Shown: positions 11,450-22,353 of the stretch, one piece after another
Numbering within the stretch: position 1 is the stretch's first letter
Layout: the number at the start of each line of letters is the position of its first letter
Origin: an uncultured Planctomycetota bacterium
Lineage (GTDB): Bacteria > Planctomycetota > Planctomycetia > Isosphaerales > Isosphaeraceae
Assembly: GCA_963823665.1 (NCBI GenBank)
Contig: CAWGMQ010000010.1
Location: forward strand, 1,952,001 to 2,016,000
Length of the DNA stretch: 64,000 nucleotides
Direction: 5' to 3'
Program-made: the position numbers and the translations under genes
Notes under the pieces: model-generated
What the model saw: the letters and a program-made list of their open reading frames with translations, nothing else
What the model was told of the DNA's origin: nothing
The model's database searches: none

Positions 11450-11704
11450 TCAGGCCGCAGCTCGCTTCTTTTCAACAAGCGCGGCAATCTGGCCGATGGA
11501 ATCGAGGTGCTCGACGCCCGCTTCGTACGCCTCAACCCTGATGTGGAAATGTTCCTCGAGAAAGACCACCAGCTTCAGGGTGCGTATCGAGTCGAGAATG
11601 CCTCCGGTGATGAGCGGTGTGCCCTCCGTGAGCTCACCAGGATCTTCACCGGGAAGGAATTCCTGCAAGATGAAATGATGCACGACCTTCGCCGTTTCTT
11701 CCAT
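11450..11704 (-). CDS. Acyl/aminoacyl carrier protein
   Basis: 84-aa acidic protein with GILDSI phosphopantetheinylation motif followed by LVVFLEEHF. Confidence 0.85.
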   Translation of the reverse strand: MEETAKVVHHFILQEFLPGEDPGELTEGTPLITGGILDSIRTLKLVVFLEEHFHIRVEAYEAGVEHLDSIGQIAALVEKKRAAA

Positions 11705-11960
11705 GATGGCCTCGAGCCGCTCAAGCACACCGAAGAATTTCGTTCGATCACCATGGCTATCCGGCGCCGCTCAAATCAATCGCGCACCGGATCAACATGG
11801 CTCATTCGCAATGACTTGGCAGGCTACACTTTCACCCGCATCCGGTCAATCTCGAGTTTTTCTCAAGGACACGCCCCCGGCATGTCGAACATGGATCTGG
11901 GAGACTCCCTGCGCAGAGACGGCAATTCACGCCGAACTTGTTGAAACAGAATTAGTTAAG

Positions 11961-11989
11961 TTGACAGTTCGGCGTCAATCGAGTAGAGA
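11961..11989 (+). promoter_or_regulatory. Putative sigma70 promoter overlapped by an inverted repeat
   Basis: TTGACA-17 bp-TAGAGA about 100 bp upstream of the export gene; TTGAC-N8-GTCAA palindrome at 11961-11978. Confidence 0.4.
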
Positions 11990-12088
11990 GCAGGAGCACA
12001 GTCTGCTCTGTTCTATCCCGCGCGCCAGACCGCATGGCTCGCAAGTGCCCTTCGCGAGCGCGGCAAGCCCGGGTTTATTCAAGGTGGA

Positions 12089-12826
12089 ATGCTGATGACA
12101 GCAAGGATGGTCATTCACCCTTGCCGCCCTCTCTTACTGGCTGCCGCCCTGGCGCTCGTGGCGTCAGCGGGTTGTCACGGATTCGCTCGCCAGCATGAAG
12201 CCAACAAGATCCCCCAGCTTGGAACGATTGATCCCAGCCAGCCGGCCGAGCTGCGAAAGGTGTCGCAGTCGCCTTACGTGATCGAGCCGCCGGACGAGCT
12301 GGAGATTTCCACCAAGCCGCCTCTGCCGACGTCGATGACAACACCCTTCATCGTTCGCGGCGATGGCTTCGTCGATCTTGGCCTCTTCGGTGAGGCCTTC
12401 GTCTACGGCTTGACGCTGTCGGAAGCCGAGGAACGGATCGCCGTCCAGTTGAACGACGCGGCCCGAAGACTGACTCCAGAGGTGAAGGACAAGTACCAGG
12501 TTGCGGTGCGCCTGGCGAACAATCAAAGCAAGTACTATTACGTGCTGGGAACGGTGGGCAACCCCGGCCGATTCAAGTCGGGCGGCAACGACACCGTTCT
12601 GGACGCCATCTTGCAAGCCGGCTTGAAACCGAACAGCCTCCCCGAAAAGGCCTACCTCGTGCGCCCGCATCCCCCCGGCGGCGAGGACCAGGTCTACAAG
12701 GTTGATTGGGTCGGCATCAAAGACCGCGGCGACACCCTGACAAACTACCAGCTTTTCCCGGGCGACCGAGTGGTCGTTCCAGGCACCAAGCCGCCGGGGT
12801 TGATCCGTAGCTTGCTCGGCAACTGA
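12089..12826 (+). CDS. Polysaccharide biosynthesis/export (Wza-like, SLBB) lipoprotein
   Basis: Lipobox-like SAGC, YVIEPPDELEI, VRGDGFVDLG, TVLDAILQAG and NYQLFPGDRVVV. Confidence 0.85.
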   Translation: MLMTARMVIHPCRPLLLAAALALVASAGCHGFARQHEANKIPQLGTIDPSQPAELRKVSQSPYVIEPPDELEISTKPPLPTSMTTPFIVRGDGFVDLGLFGEAFVYGLTLSEAEERIAVQLNDAARRLTPEVKDKYQVAVRLANNQSKYYYVLGTVGNPGRFKSGGNDTVLDAILQAGLKPNSLPEKAYLVRPHPPGGEDQVYKVDWVGIKDRGDTLTNYQLFPGDRVVVPGTKPPGLIRSLLGN

Positions 12827-13113
12827 ACGCACCAATTTCCCTCCCCCCTTGTTCGTGCCCACTCCGATTGATATTCTAAGTAAATAAACAACCTTTTACC
12901 TCGTCTCTCGACTCAACCGCCAAGGCGCGGCAGGTTCGCACATGGACTTGTCTCGCCGGAACTCCCCTCGCAGCATCGAGGTGACACACGGATCGCGCGC
13001 ACGGCTTGCAACTCCCTGGCGATGGACTGGCACGGCAACGAATCAGATCGACTGTTCGGCACAGCGTTTTGACTGGCGCGCGGTCACTCCGGTCGCCGCG
13101 GAGGAGCGCCATC

Positions 13114-14571
13114 ATGACTGGAGGGAACCAGGCGTTTAGCGCAACAAACGCGGTCCTTCTCGGGCTGGTCCTGGTCTGTTCCGGTACGGGCTTCACGGCA
13201 ACGGCGCTGGGCCAGCAGCCGGCTCTCGGAAAGGCGACCTCCCCGTCCGAAACGGCTGCCAGCAACGAGAGGACAGCACCCGCGCAGAGGACCGCGCCGG
13301 TGGTTAAGGACGCTCCAACCTACACGAAGGATATCGCCGCGATCCTCCAGGCGAAGTGCCAGAGCTGCCATCGCCGCCACCAGGTTGGGCCGTTCGCACT
13401 CGAGACGTACGAGCAGGCGCGCAAGCGTTCCCATGATATCGCCGCAGTGACCGAAGAGCGTTCGATGCCGCCGTGGAAGCCTACCCGCGGGTTCGGCCCG
13501 AAGCTCAAGCACGACCAGTCGCTGACCTCCAAGGAGATCAGCGTTCTTGCTGCCTGGGCGGAGGCAGGTTCCCCACACGGAGACCCCAAAGATCTTCCGC
13601 CGCCACGCACGTTCGCCGAGGGCTGGAAGCTCGGGCCTCCGGACTTGATCCTCGAGCCAGGCGAAGACTTCGCCGTGGCAGCGTCCGGGCCCGATGTCTA
13701 CCGGTGCTTCGTTTTGCCGACCAACCTCGCGAAGGACTGTTACGTCGAAGCCGTCGACTACGCCCCAACCGCACGAAGCACCGTCCATCATCTCATCGCC
13801 TACATCGATACCCTGGGGCGGGGGCGCATGCTCGACGAGGATTCCCCGGGGTCCGGCTATGCCGCACAGAATGGCCCTGGGTTTGAAGCCGACGAATTGA
13901 GCTTCTGGACCGCCGGCCTCGAGCCCCATCGCCTGCCGGAGGGCGTCGGAATCCGCCTGCCCGCCCAGGCCGACATCGTCGTTCAGGTCCACTATCATTC
14001 CGACGGCAAGGCCAGGACCGACCGCACACGCGTCGGCCTGTACCTCTCGCGCAAGCCCGTCAAGCAAGCTCTGCACTGGAACAACGCCTCGAGCTATGAC
14101 TTCAAGATCCCCGCCGGCCAGAACAATGTCGAGGTCAAGGCGAGCTGGATGATCCCGGTCGCCGTCCAGGCGGTCGCCGTCTCGCCCCACATGCACCTTC
14201 TCGGCCACGACATGCACATGTCCGTCCGCTTGCCCAGCGGGCGAGTCGAAAACCTGATCCATATCGCCAACTGGGATCCCTCCTGGCAGAGCGCTTACTA
14301 CTTCCAGACGCCGATCACGATACCTGCCGGGTCAATCCTCAACGTCGTCGCGCACTTCGACAACTCAGCCCATTCACGAAACCCCAACCGGCCTCCCAAG
14401 ATGGTCAAGGTCGGCCAGAAATTCGACGACGAGATGTGCGTCGGCTACATTGCCGTCGTGAAAAAAGACCAGGATTTGACCAACCCAGGCGCCCGCGACG
14501 ACCTGTTCGAGATCTTCTCAAAGCAGCGCGAGCGGTTGATTCGCCAGCAAATGGGCAAGAAAAAGCGCTGA
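13114..14571 (+). CDS. Secreted c-type haem plus copper type II (PHM/DBH-like) monooxygenase-domain protein
   Basis: RBS GAGGAG, signal peptide, CQSCH, SMPPW, VHHLI, QVHYH, PHMHLLG and DDEMC. Confidence 0.8.
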   Translation: MTGGNQAFSATNAVLLGLVLVCSGTGFTATALGQQPALGKATSPSETAASNERTAPAQRTAPVVKDAPTYTKDIAAILQAKCQSCHRRHQVGPFALETYEQARKRSHDIAAVTEERSMPPWKPTRGFGPKLKHDQSLTSKEISVLAAWAEAGSPHGDPKDLPPPRTFAEGWKLGPPDLILEPGEDFAVAASGPDVYRCFVLPTNLAKDCYVEAVDYAPTARSTVHHLIAYIDTLGRGRMLDEDSPGSGYAAQNGPGFEADELSFWTAGLEPHRLPEGVGIRLPAQADIVVQVHYHSDGKARTDRTRVGLYLSRKPVKQALHWNNASSYDFKIPAGQNNVEVKASWMIPVAVQAVAVSPHMHLLGHDMHMSVRLPSGRVENLIHIANWDPSWQSAYYFQTPITIPAGSILNVVAHFDNSAHSRNPNRPPKMVKVGQKFDDEMCVGYIAVVKKDQDLTNPGARDDLFEIFSKQRERLIRQQMGKKKR

Positions 14572-14736
14572 ACAGGTCCCACATCTTTCGAGCCTGACGT
14601 CACTTCCGTCCTCCGTCTGCCGTCCTTCGCACAGCTTCCTCCAAAATGAATGGAACGATCCGGTCTCCCCATCCCATGATACTTATGAGCCCCGGATTGA
14701 GCGGGGCGGAGAGCGTATCAGGGCGGGAGAACGATC

Positions 14737-16706
14737 GTGACCGTCAGTCAATCCACAGCGGCGCAGCGATTCCTCCGCGTTCTCTTCGATGCCGGGGCCG
14801 CGGGCGGGCTGACCGATGCGGAGTTGCTCGAGCGATTCCTGGCAAGAGATCCCGGCACCGCCGAGCTGGCCTTCGCCGTGCTTGTCGAGCGCCATGGCCC
14901 GCTCGTCCAGCGCGTTTGCCGTGGTGTCCTGCGCGATCAGCACCTCGCCGAGGATGCATTTCAGTCGACGTTTCTCGTACTCGTGCAGAAAGCTTCGTCG
15001 CTTCGGGTCGAGAAGACGCTCGCGCCCTGGCTGCACTCCGTGGCTATTCGCGTCTCCCGCGACGCCCGCGCAACGGCTGCGCGCCGCGCGAAGCACGAGC
15101 GCAAGGCCGCCGAGCTCGCGACCGAATCGCGGTTGACCGAGACCGATCCCCGCGAGAACCTGGAGCGGCAGCTCCAGGATGAGCTGGCAAAGCTGGCGGA
15201 ACGCCATCGCCGGCCGATCGTGCTCTGCGACCTCCAGGGCTTGACCCACGAGCAAGCCGCCAGGTTGCTGGGCACGCCCGTGGGCACGATCAAGAGCCGG
15301 CTCGCCCGCGGACGCGAGCACCTTCGCAGTCGCCTGGCCCGCCGCGGCCTGGTGCACTCAGGCAGTGCCATGCCCGCGATTCTCGCGTTCGACGCCTTCA
15401 AACCTGAACTCCCGACCGTGCTCGTCGATCGTACGGCCCGCCTCGCCTTGCTGGCCGCACAGCACGAGGCTTTGACCGCCGCGGCAATTCCGTCATCAGT
15501 CGCAATCCTCGCGCAGGGAGCCCTCAAATCCATGTCGATTTCCAGATTGAAGATCGCCGCAGCGGCGGTTCTGATCGCAGCCTCCTTTGTAATTGGCATC
15601 GGCTATACCGCCAGTGCCTTACTCGCGCAGGATGGGCCGGCGCGAAAGCCCGCCCCCCGGCCGCCCTCTCGGCCGCTGGATTCCGTCGTCCAGGACCTAT
15701 TCGAATCGGCGGGCCTCGTTCGTTCCGTCGCGTTCACCGGCGACGGCAAGTTCCTGATCGCCTCCACCACGGGGCGGGATAATGACAAGGACGAAGGTGC
15801 GATCCATCTCTGGGATATCAAGGGCGCGACGACCCTCCCGTCGATCCCCCTCGATGGCGACCCGTTCGCGATGGCCGTTGCGCCGGACGGCCAGAGCCTT
15901 GCCGTGGCCGTCGCGCGCAACCCAAAGGCAGCACGCACCATGTATATCCGCGTCGTCAGCGTGCCTTCAGGAAGGACGACGAGCACCTGGACGCTCAAAC
16001 AAGGCGTCGACGTCTGGGCACTGGCCTTCACACCCGATGGAAAGGCCCTCGCCGGCGGAATCGGCGGGCTGCGAGACTCGATCTTCTATGGCGAAATCGA
16101 CGTCTGGAACTTAAAGACGGGCCAGGAAATCCGATCGTTCAAAGGCCATCCCAATCCCGTCATGTCGCTCGCGTTCTCTCACAACGGCCACGTGCTCGCC
16201 AGTGCCAGCGGCACCTACGGCGCCCCGACCGGGGGAGTGCGCCTCTGGGAATTCGAATCCGGCCGGTTGCTGCACACGCTGGTCGAGCCCGATCTCGCGA
16301 TTGTCACGGTTGCGTTCTCGCCCGATGACAAAACCATCGCCAGCGGCGGAACAAGCTGGCGTGAATCGGGAGCCACCGGCGGGTTGGTCACGCTCTGGGA
16401 TGTGCAGACCGGCAAAAAACGGCTCGCACTCCCGGCATTCCCCTCCTACGTTCACGCGGTGTCGTTTGCTCCTACCGGCGCCCGCCTCGCCACCGCCAGC
16501 GTCTCGTCGGATAACGATGCCAAGGTGACGATCTGGAACAGCGACACCGGCACCCAGCTTCAGACGCTGCCGCCAGGCAAAACGGCGCCGGAATCATCGC
16601 CGTGAAATGCCTGGCAATCTCACTCGACGGCCGGACCTTGGCCGCCGGCGGTGCCTCGGGAATGCTCCGGCTCTGGTCGGTCCCTCCAGCGATTGGCGCA
16701 CCTTAG
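14737..16706 (+). CDS. ECF sigma factor fused to a TM helix and WD40 beta-propeller (apparent frameshift near 16600)
   Basis: LTDAELLERF, LVERHGPLV, AEDAFQSTF and GTIKSRLARGR motifs; hydrophobic segment; about 7 WD repeats, with the last continuing in another frame to TAG 16704-16706. Confidence 0.88.
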
Positions 16707-17320
16707 AAAGGCATTCCGCGCGTCCTGGCGATGGCCTCTCGGTACTCCTTCGTGAAGACCTTTCCGCTCGGAGGGCTGATCAGCACGGTCAGCACGACGC
16801 CGCACAGCCCGCCCGTGAGAACCATCACCGCGATATCTCCTATGGTCGGTTTGGCGAGGCCTATGATCTGTCCATAGGCCGTAAAGCACACTCCAAATAA
16901 GACAAGCACATCCAGTCCGACCATGGTCCAGCGCGCCCACGATTGCAGCGACCGCAGCCCGATGAAGAGGGCAATCCAGAAGCTCAACAGGCACACGTTG
17001 GCTAGCGCGACGAGCCCCATAACGCCGCCAAAGGGCGCCGGCGGCGGCAGATCGAACGATGGAGCAATGTCGGCGTTCATCGCGCGAAGCCCAATGAGCA
17101 AGACAACGATCAGTGATCCCGCGGTCGGAAACACCCAGATGATCGCACAAACCAGATTGATCCACGCGACTCGCCTGATGGCCTTCTCGCGACCAAGATA
17201 TGCCAGCCGAAGTGCTCGCGCGCTCTCGTCCGAAAGTTCGCTGCTCGTGAGTCTAGCTGCGGGCGGAGCGTATGGATTCTCGCGCGACTCGATCTCGGCG
17301 CTCTCCGGGTCGGATGTCAT
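16703..17320 (-). CDS. Hypothetical membrane protein (about 4 TM) with N-terminal NPY motif
   Basis: ENPYAPP motif and hydrophobic segments; start overlaps the stop of the upstream giant gene (ATGA). Confidence 0.75.
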   Translation of the reverse strand: MTSDPESAEIESRENPYAPPAARLTSSELSDESARALRLAYLGREKAIRRVAWINLVCAIIWVFPTAGSLIVVLLIGLRAMNADIAPSFDLPPPAPFGGVMGLVALANVCLLSFWIALFIGLRSLQSWARWTMVGLDVLVLFGVCFTAYGQIIGLAKPTIGDIAVMVLTGGLCGVVLTVLISPPSGKVFTKEYREAIARTRGMPF

Positions 17321-20300
17321 TCTTGTTTCCGTCGTAAAGTTCGCACAGGAACTCGTATCGTCGCACCTTGCAAATGGCTCGTGCGCAGCTTGATGAAGTG
17401 TTCGCGCTTAGCGGCCACGGCCTCGATTGTGCGCCGATCACGCTTGGCTTTCAACTGATCAACCGCCAGCGCCGTCACGACGGGGTCATCCTGCACACCC
17501 GGCGCCGCCGGCGCCGAAACGAGTGATAGGCTGGCCAGCTTCACGACGGGCGTCGAAACCGCCGGCGCCGTGGCTTTCGTCACTGTCACGTCGTTAGAAA
17601 AAGCCGACGTGTTGTTCGCTGGGCTCGTCGCCGTCGCACTCACCACTTCACCCGTGGCAAGCGCAGGCTTGACCGTGAAGCTGATGCTGGCCACTCCACC
17701 GCCGTTGGCCGTCACCGTCTCGGTCCCCAGATAAGTCTGGCCCTGTCCAAAGCCCGACGGATCGGCGGCCGGGTTGGCGAAAAACTGAATCTCGTAGGTC
17801 GCGTTGGGCGAAGCGGTGAGCGTCCCCTGCACGACGGTGCTCGAGCCGCTGCTCACCGCCGAGGTGAGCACCGGCGCAACCTGAAGCGCATTCCCGTTCC
17901 CGGAGAGCACGATGCCTTGATTGCTGTTGGCGAAGATCGAGTTGGTCAGAATCGGGTTGCTGACCGCACTGGCGGTGACTGAGACCCCGGTCCCGCCGTT
18001 ATAGGCGATGATGTTGCCGTCCTTTGCCGCCGAGCCGCCGATGGTGTTGCTGACCGCATTGTCCTGGATGTGAACACCGTCCGAGCCATTGCCCAGCGGC
18101 TGTTTGCCGGTTGCGTCGGTGCCGATGTCATTCCCCTCGACCAGAATGCCTTCGGAGCTGCGCTCGATGACCAGCCCATACTGGTTGTTCCCGGAGATCA
18201 CGTTCGCCGAGGCGGCCGTCGTGCCGCCGACGACATCTCCCAGGGTTCCCAGCTCGATTCCATCCTGATTGTTAGCCAAGGCGACAGTGCCGCTGCTATC
18301 GGTGCCGATGTCAGTTGCCTTCGATCGTGTTGAAACCGACCGAGCCCGAATAGACGCCGTCCGAGATGCCGTCCCGTCCGTTGCCCGAGATGACGTTGCC
18401 GTCGCCCGCGGCCGTCCCGCCGACGGTGTTGTCCGCGCCGCTCAAGAGCACGCCGTCATACTGATTGCCGATGGCCTTGAAACCGCGGGCGTCGGTGCCG
18501 ATGTAATTCCCTTCGATGGCAACGCCCATGGCCGAGTTCTGGAGGTAGACGCCGGCCTGGTTGCCCGAGATGACGTTGGCATCGGCCGGCTTTCGGTCCG
18601 CCGATCAAAGTGCCATAGCCGAAGTCAACCTCGACGCCGTTGTTGCTGTTGCCCAGGGCCAGGATGCCCGTCGGCATTGACGCCGATCATGTTTCCCTGG
18701 ATGACGGTGGAGAGCGAGCCGGGTCCGTTGTCGGAAGAGGAGACCTGGATGCCGTCGTTGCCGTTGCCCGAGATCAGGTTGCCTGCTCCGGAAGCACTGC
18801 CGCCAATCGTGTTCTGGGGCGCGTCGTAGAGGACCACGCCGCCGCCATTGTTGCCCAGGCGGTTGTTGCCGGTGATGTCGGTGCCGATGTAGTTGCCCTC
18901 GACGAGGTTGCCGGAAGCCCCGTCGTCGAGCAGTACGCCCTGGTTGTTGTTGCCCGAGATCACATTCCGCAAGGCGGCCTTGGTGCCGCCGATCGACGTT
19001 GCCCGAGGTCTGGACCTCGATGCCGATCTGATTGTTGTAGCCGCTCGCGGTACCCGTTGGGTTGGTGCCCAGGAAATTGCCGGTGATCGTGTTGGCCCCA
19101 GCGCCCGAAATCAAAATGCCGTCATTGAAGTGCGTGATCGAGAGTCCCTCGACCGTGCTGCCGCCTCCCTCGAGGACCAGCCCGCTCGGCCCCTCCGGAG
19201 CTCGAGCCGTCAATCTGGATCTCGATGATCGCGTTGTCGCCGGTCGAAAGCGAGTTGGTGTGGGCGCCGGGCTGGCTGTAACCGTTGATGATCGTGGCGT
19301 GCGTGACCGGCGGCAGCGCCGAGGCCGGCGAGATGACGAATGGCCCGGTGCCGGGGATCTTGAAGTCAATCGTGTCTGGCCCCGGGCTGTTCGAGCTGTC
19401 CGCGATCCAGGATCGCCTGCGCGCAGCGATCCGGGCCCGCTGTCGTTCGTGTTCGTCACGTACGAGCGTCTTGGGGTTGACCGAGATCGTGACCGTGGCG
19501 ACGTTCGAGGTCTGCCCGTCGAGCTGGTCGTCATAGGTAAACGAGTCAGTGCCCGTATAGTTCTTCGCGGGAACATAGGTAAACGAGCCATCGGCATTGA
19601 ACGTCAGAGTGCCGTGCGACGTCGTCGAAACCAGCACCGAGGTGAACGGGCCCCGAGTAGACCGAGAAATCGTTGGCCTGAACGCCCGGCGCGGCAACGG
19701 CGAGCGTGGTGTTCACGTCGGTGTTGTAGCTGTCGTTGACCGCCACGAGCGGAGCATCCTGCCCGACGGCCGCGAAGTCTTGCGAGAACTCCGAGGTATC
19801 ACCCGAGGAGTCCGTCGCCGTCGCCGAGATGGCATCTCCCGGATTGACCGCCACGCTCGAATGAGCGGTGAAACTGGCATTGCCGATGGCGTCCGTCGTC
19901 ACGGTCGTGGTGCCAAGCAGCGTCTCTCCCTGGCCGTACCCTGGAAGGTCGGCCGTCGGGTTGTCAAAAAACTGAAGAGTGAACGTCGTGTTCGGTGCGC
20001 TGTTGAGCGTGCCCGTCACCACCGTCCCCACGCCGCTGATGGTATAGACCTCTGTGAGAACCGGGTAATTCTGAAGGTCGTTCGGGCCCTGGAAGGGGCC
20101 GCCGGGCATGTTCTGGTTGGGCGTGGAGTTGAAGCCGAGGTTGATACCCAGCATCCGCGTTGTTATAGATGGAATTCGAGAGGATCTCGTTGCCGGGGCA
20201 GTCGTCGGAATCGTCCACGCCGATGTTGACGCCGGGCCGGGTCTGGTTGTTGGCGATGACGTTGGCCGCTCCGGCGGCAGTGCCGCCGATGGTGTTGTAC

Positions 20301-22353
20301 GTGGCACCGTAGAAGGCAGAGACCCCGCCGCCGCCGTTGCCCAGCGGCTCGGTCCCATTGGCCCCGACGCCGATCAGGTTGCCTTCGAGCAGGTTGTCGG
20401 AGGTTCCGACGATGTCGACGCCGTCCGACCCGTTGCCCGAGATCACATTGCCGGCCCCGGTGGTCGTTCCGCCGATCGTATTTGAATTGCTGAATATATC
20501 GATCCCGCCGACATAGTAATAACTGAGGAACCCATTGGGGATGCTGACGCTCCCCGTCACGTCGGTCCCGATGTCGTTCCCCTGGACCAGGTTATCACCG
20601 CCGTTCAGGATCAGACCGCCCCAGGTATTGCCCGAGATGAGGTTGCCCGCCCCGGCTTCTGTGCCGCCGATCGTGTTGCCCGAGCTTTGGACCACAACGC
20701 CCTGGTAGTTAGCCAGGGCCGCGTTCCCGGCGGCGCTGGTGCCGATGATGTTCCCCTGGAGCAGGTTGTTGTTGCTGGAGACGACGATTCCGGCGCTGTT
20801 GCTGCTGCTGCTGCCCGAAACGACGTTGCCCGCGCCGGCCGTGGTGCCCCCGATCGTGTTAGACGACGATGCGACGACGATCCCCTCAATATTGGGAATG
20901 CTCTGCGTCCCGGTAATATCGGTGCCGATCAGGTTCCCCTGCACGAGGTTGTTGCCGTTCGCGGAGAGGTAGAGCGCGCAGCTATCGATGCCCGATGAGC
21001 TGCCGTTGCCCGAGATGACATTGCCCGCCCCGGCCTCTGTGCCACCGATCGTGTTGTAGCCGGCACCCCCGGACAACCCAATGCCCTCGTTGCCATTGGG
21101 CAGGCTCTGCGTCCCGGTAATATCCGTTCCAATCATGTTGCCTTGAACGAGGTTGTCCGAACCACCCGACGGCCCCATTGGCGATGTAGGAACCGTTGGT
21201 GATGTCGATGCCGTCGTTGATGTTGCCGGAGATCAGGTTGCCGGAGCCGGGAGTGGTCCCGCCGATCGTGTTGCCCGATGTCTCGACCGACACGCCGGGA
21301 GCGATGCACGAAGCCGGGGCTGCCCGCGTTTCCCGTACCGTTGGGCAAGGCGACGGTTCCGGTAACGTCGGTTCCAATGTAGTTGCCCTGGACCACGGTG
21401 CCGCTACCGCCGCCGCTCATGATGATCCCCGCGTCGATGCTCCCTGAGATGATGTTCCCGGCGCCCGCGACGCTTCCTCCGATGGTGTTACCCGTGCCGG
21501 TCTGGTAGAGCGAGATGCCTTGCCAGTTGCCCAGGCTTTCGGTCCCGGTGGCGTCGGTTCCGACGTAGTTGCCCTCGATGACGTTGCCGTACGCATCGGC
21601 CCCGGTGAGCCAGATGCCGTAGCTCAGAGCACCCGTGGCACCCGTGGAGATGATGTTGCGGTCGGCCGGAGTGGTGCCGCCGATCGTGTTGCTGGAAACC
21701 TCGACTTCGATTCCGGTTCCCTCCTTTTGGTCGGGTACGGCTTGCTCGCCGGTCGCGTCGGTCCCGAGGAAGCAGCCTGTCACCGTGTATCCGCCGTAGG
21801 GGCCGGTTACAGGACCCGACGAGCCGGGGGGGAAATAGAAGCTGTCGAGCTGGAGATCGGTCTGGCAATCGTTGATGGCCAGGCCCTCGACTGTACTGTT
21901 GGTTCCCCCCAGAGAGAGGCCGTTGCCGAGCGAACCGCCTCCGCTGAGCACGATTTCGATGACGGCATTGTCTCCCTGGGCCAGCGTGTTTGGGCTCGAG
22001 CCCGGCTGGCTGTATCCGTTGACGATGACCGGATTGAAGATGCCGCCGTCCGGCCCAAGCATCGTGAACGGGCCCGTGCCCGGAATGTCGAAGTCGATGA
22101 CGTCGGGTGAGCTGCTCGAGTCGGTTGTGTCCGAGCTGACTTGCTGGACGGCCCAGTCGAGCGATCCCGTGCTGCCGTCGTTCACCGGATCGGTGACCGT
22201 GAACGTCTGCGACAGCAATCGCCGGCTCTCGAGGCTGTACACCGGCCCGAGGATCACAGCGCGACGGTGCCGCTTGCCACGTCCAAGCCTGCCACTCTCA
22301 ATTCGCCCTTCGTCCCACCGTGGCTCGACGTGCGTCTGCGATGTCATGATCAA
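17317..22353 (-). CDS. Large secreted parallel beta-helix repeat protein with Ig-like/cadherin-like domain, paralog A (multiple apparent frameshifts)
   Basis: Chain of ORFs 21133, 19964, 19546, 19122, 18605, 18625, 18311 and 17317; LESRRLLS N-terminal motif; many GNxIGTDxTG and NTIGGTxAGAGNVISGN repeats; AVNDSYNT Ig module; SATATxxxxxTSEFS module ends. Confidence 0.85.
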
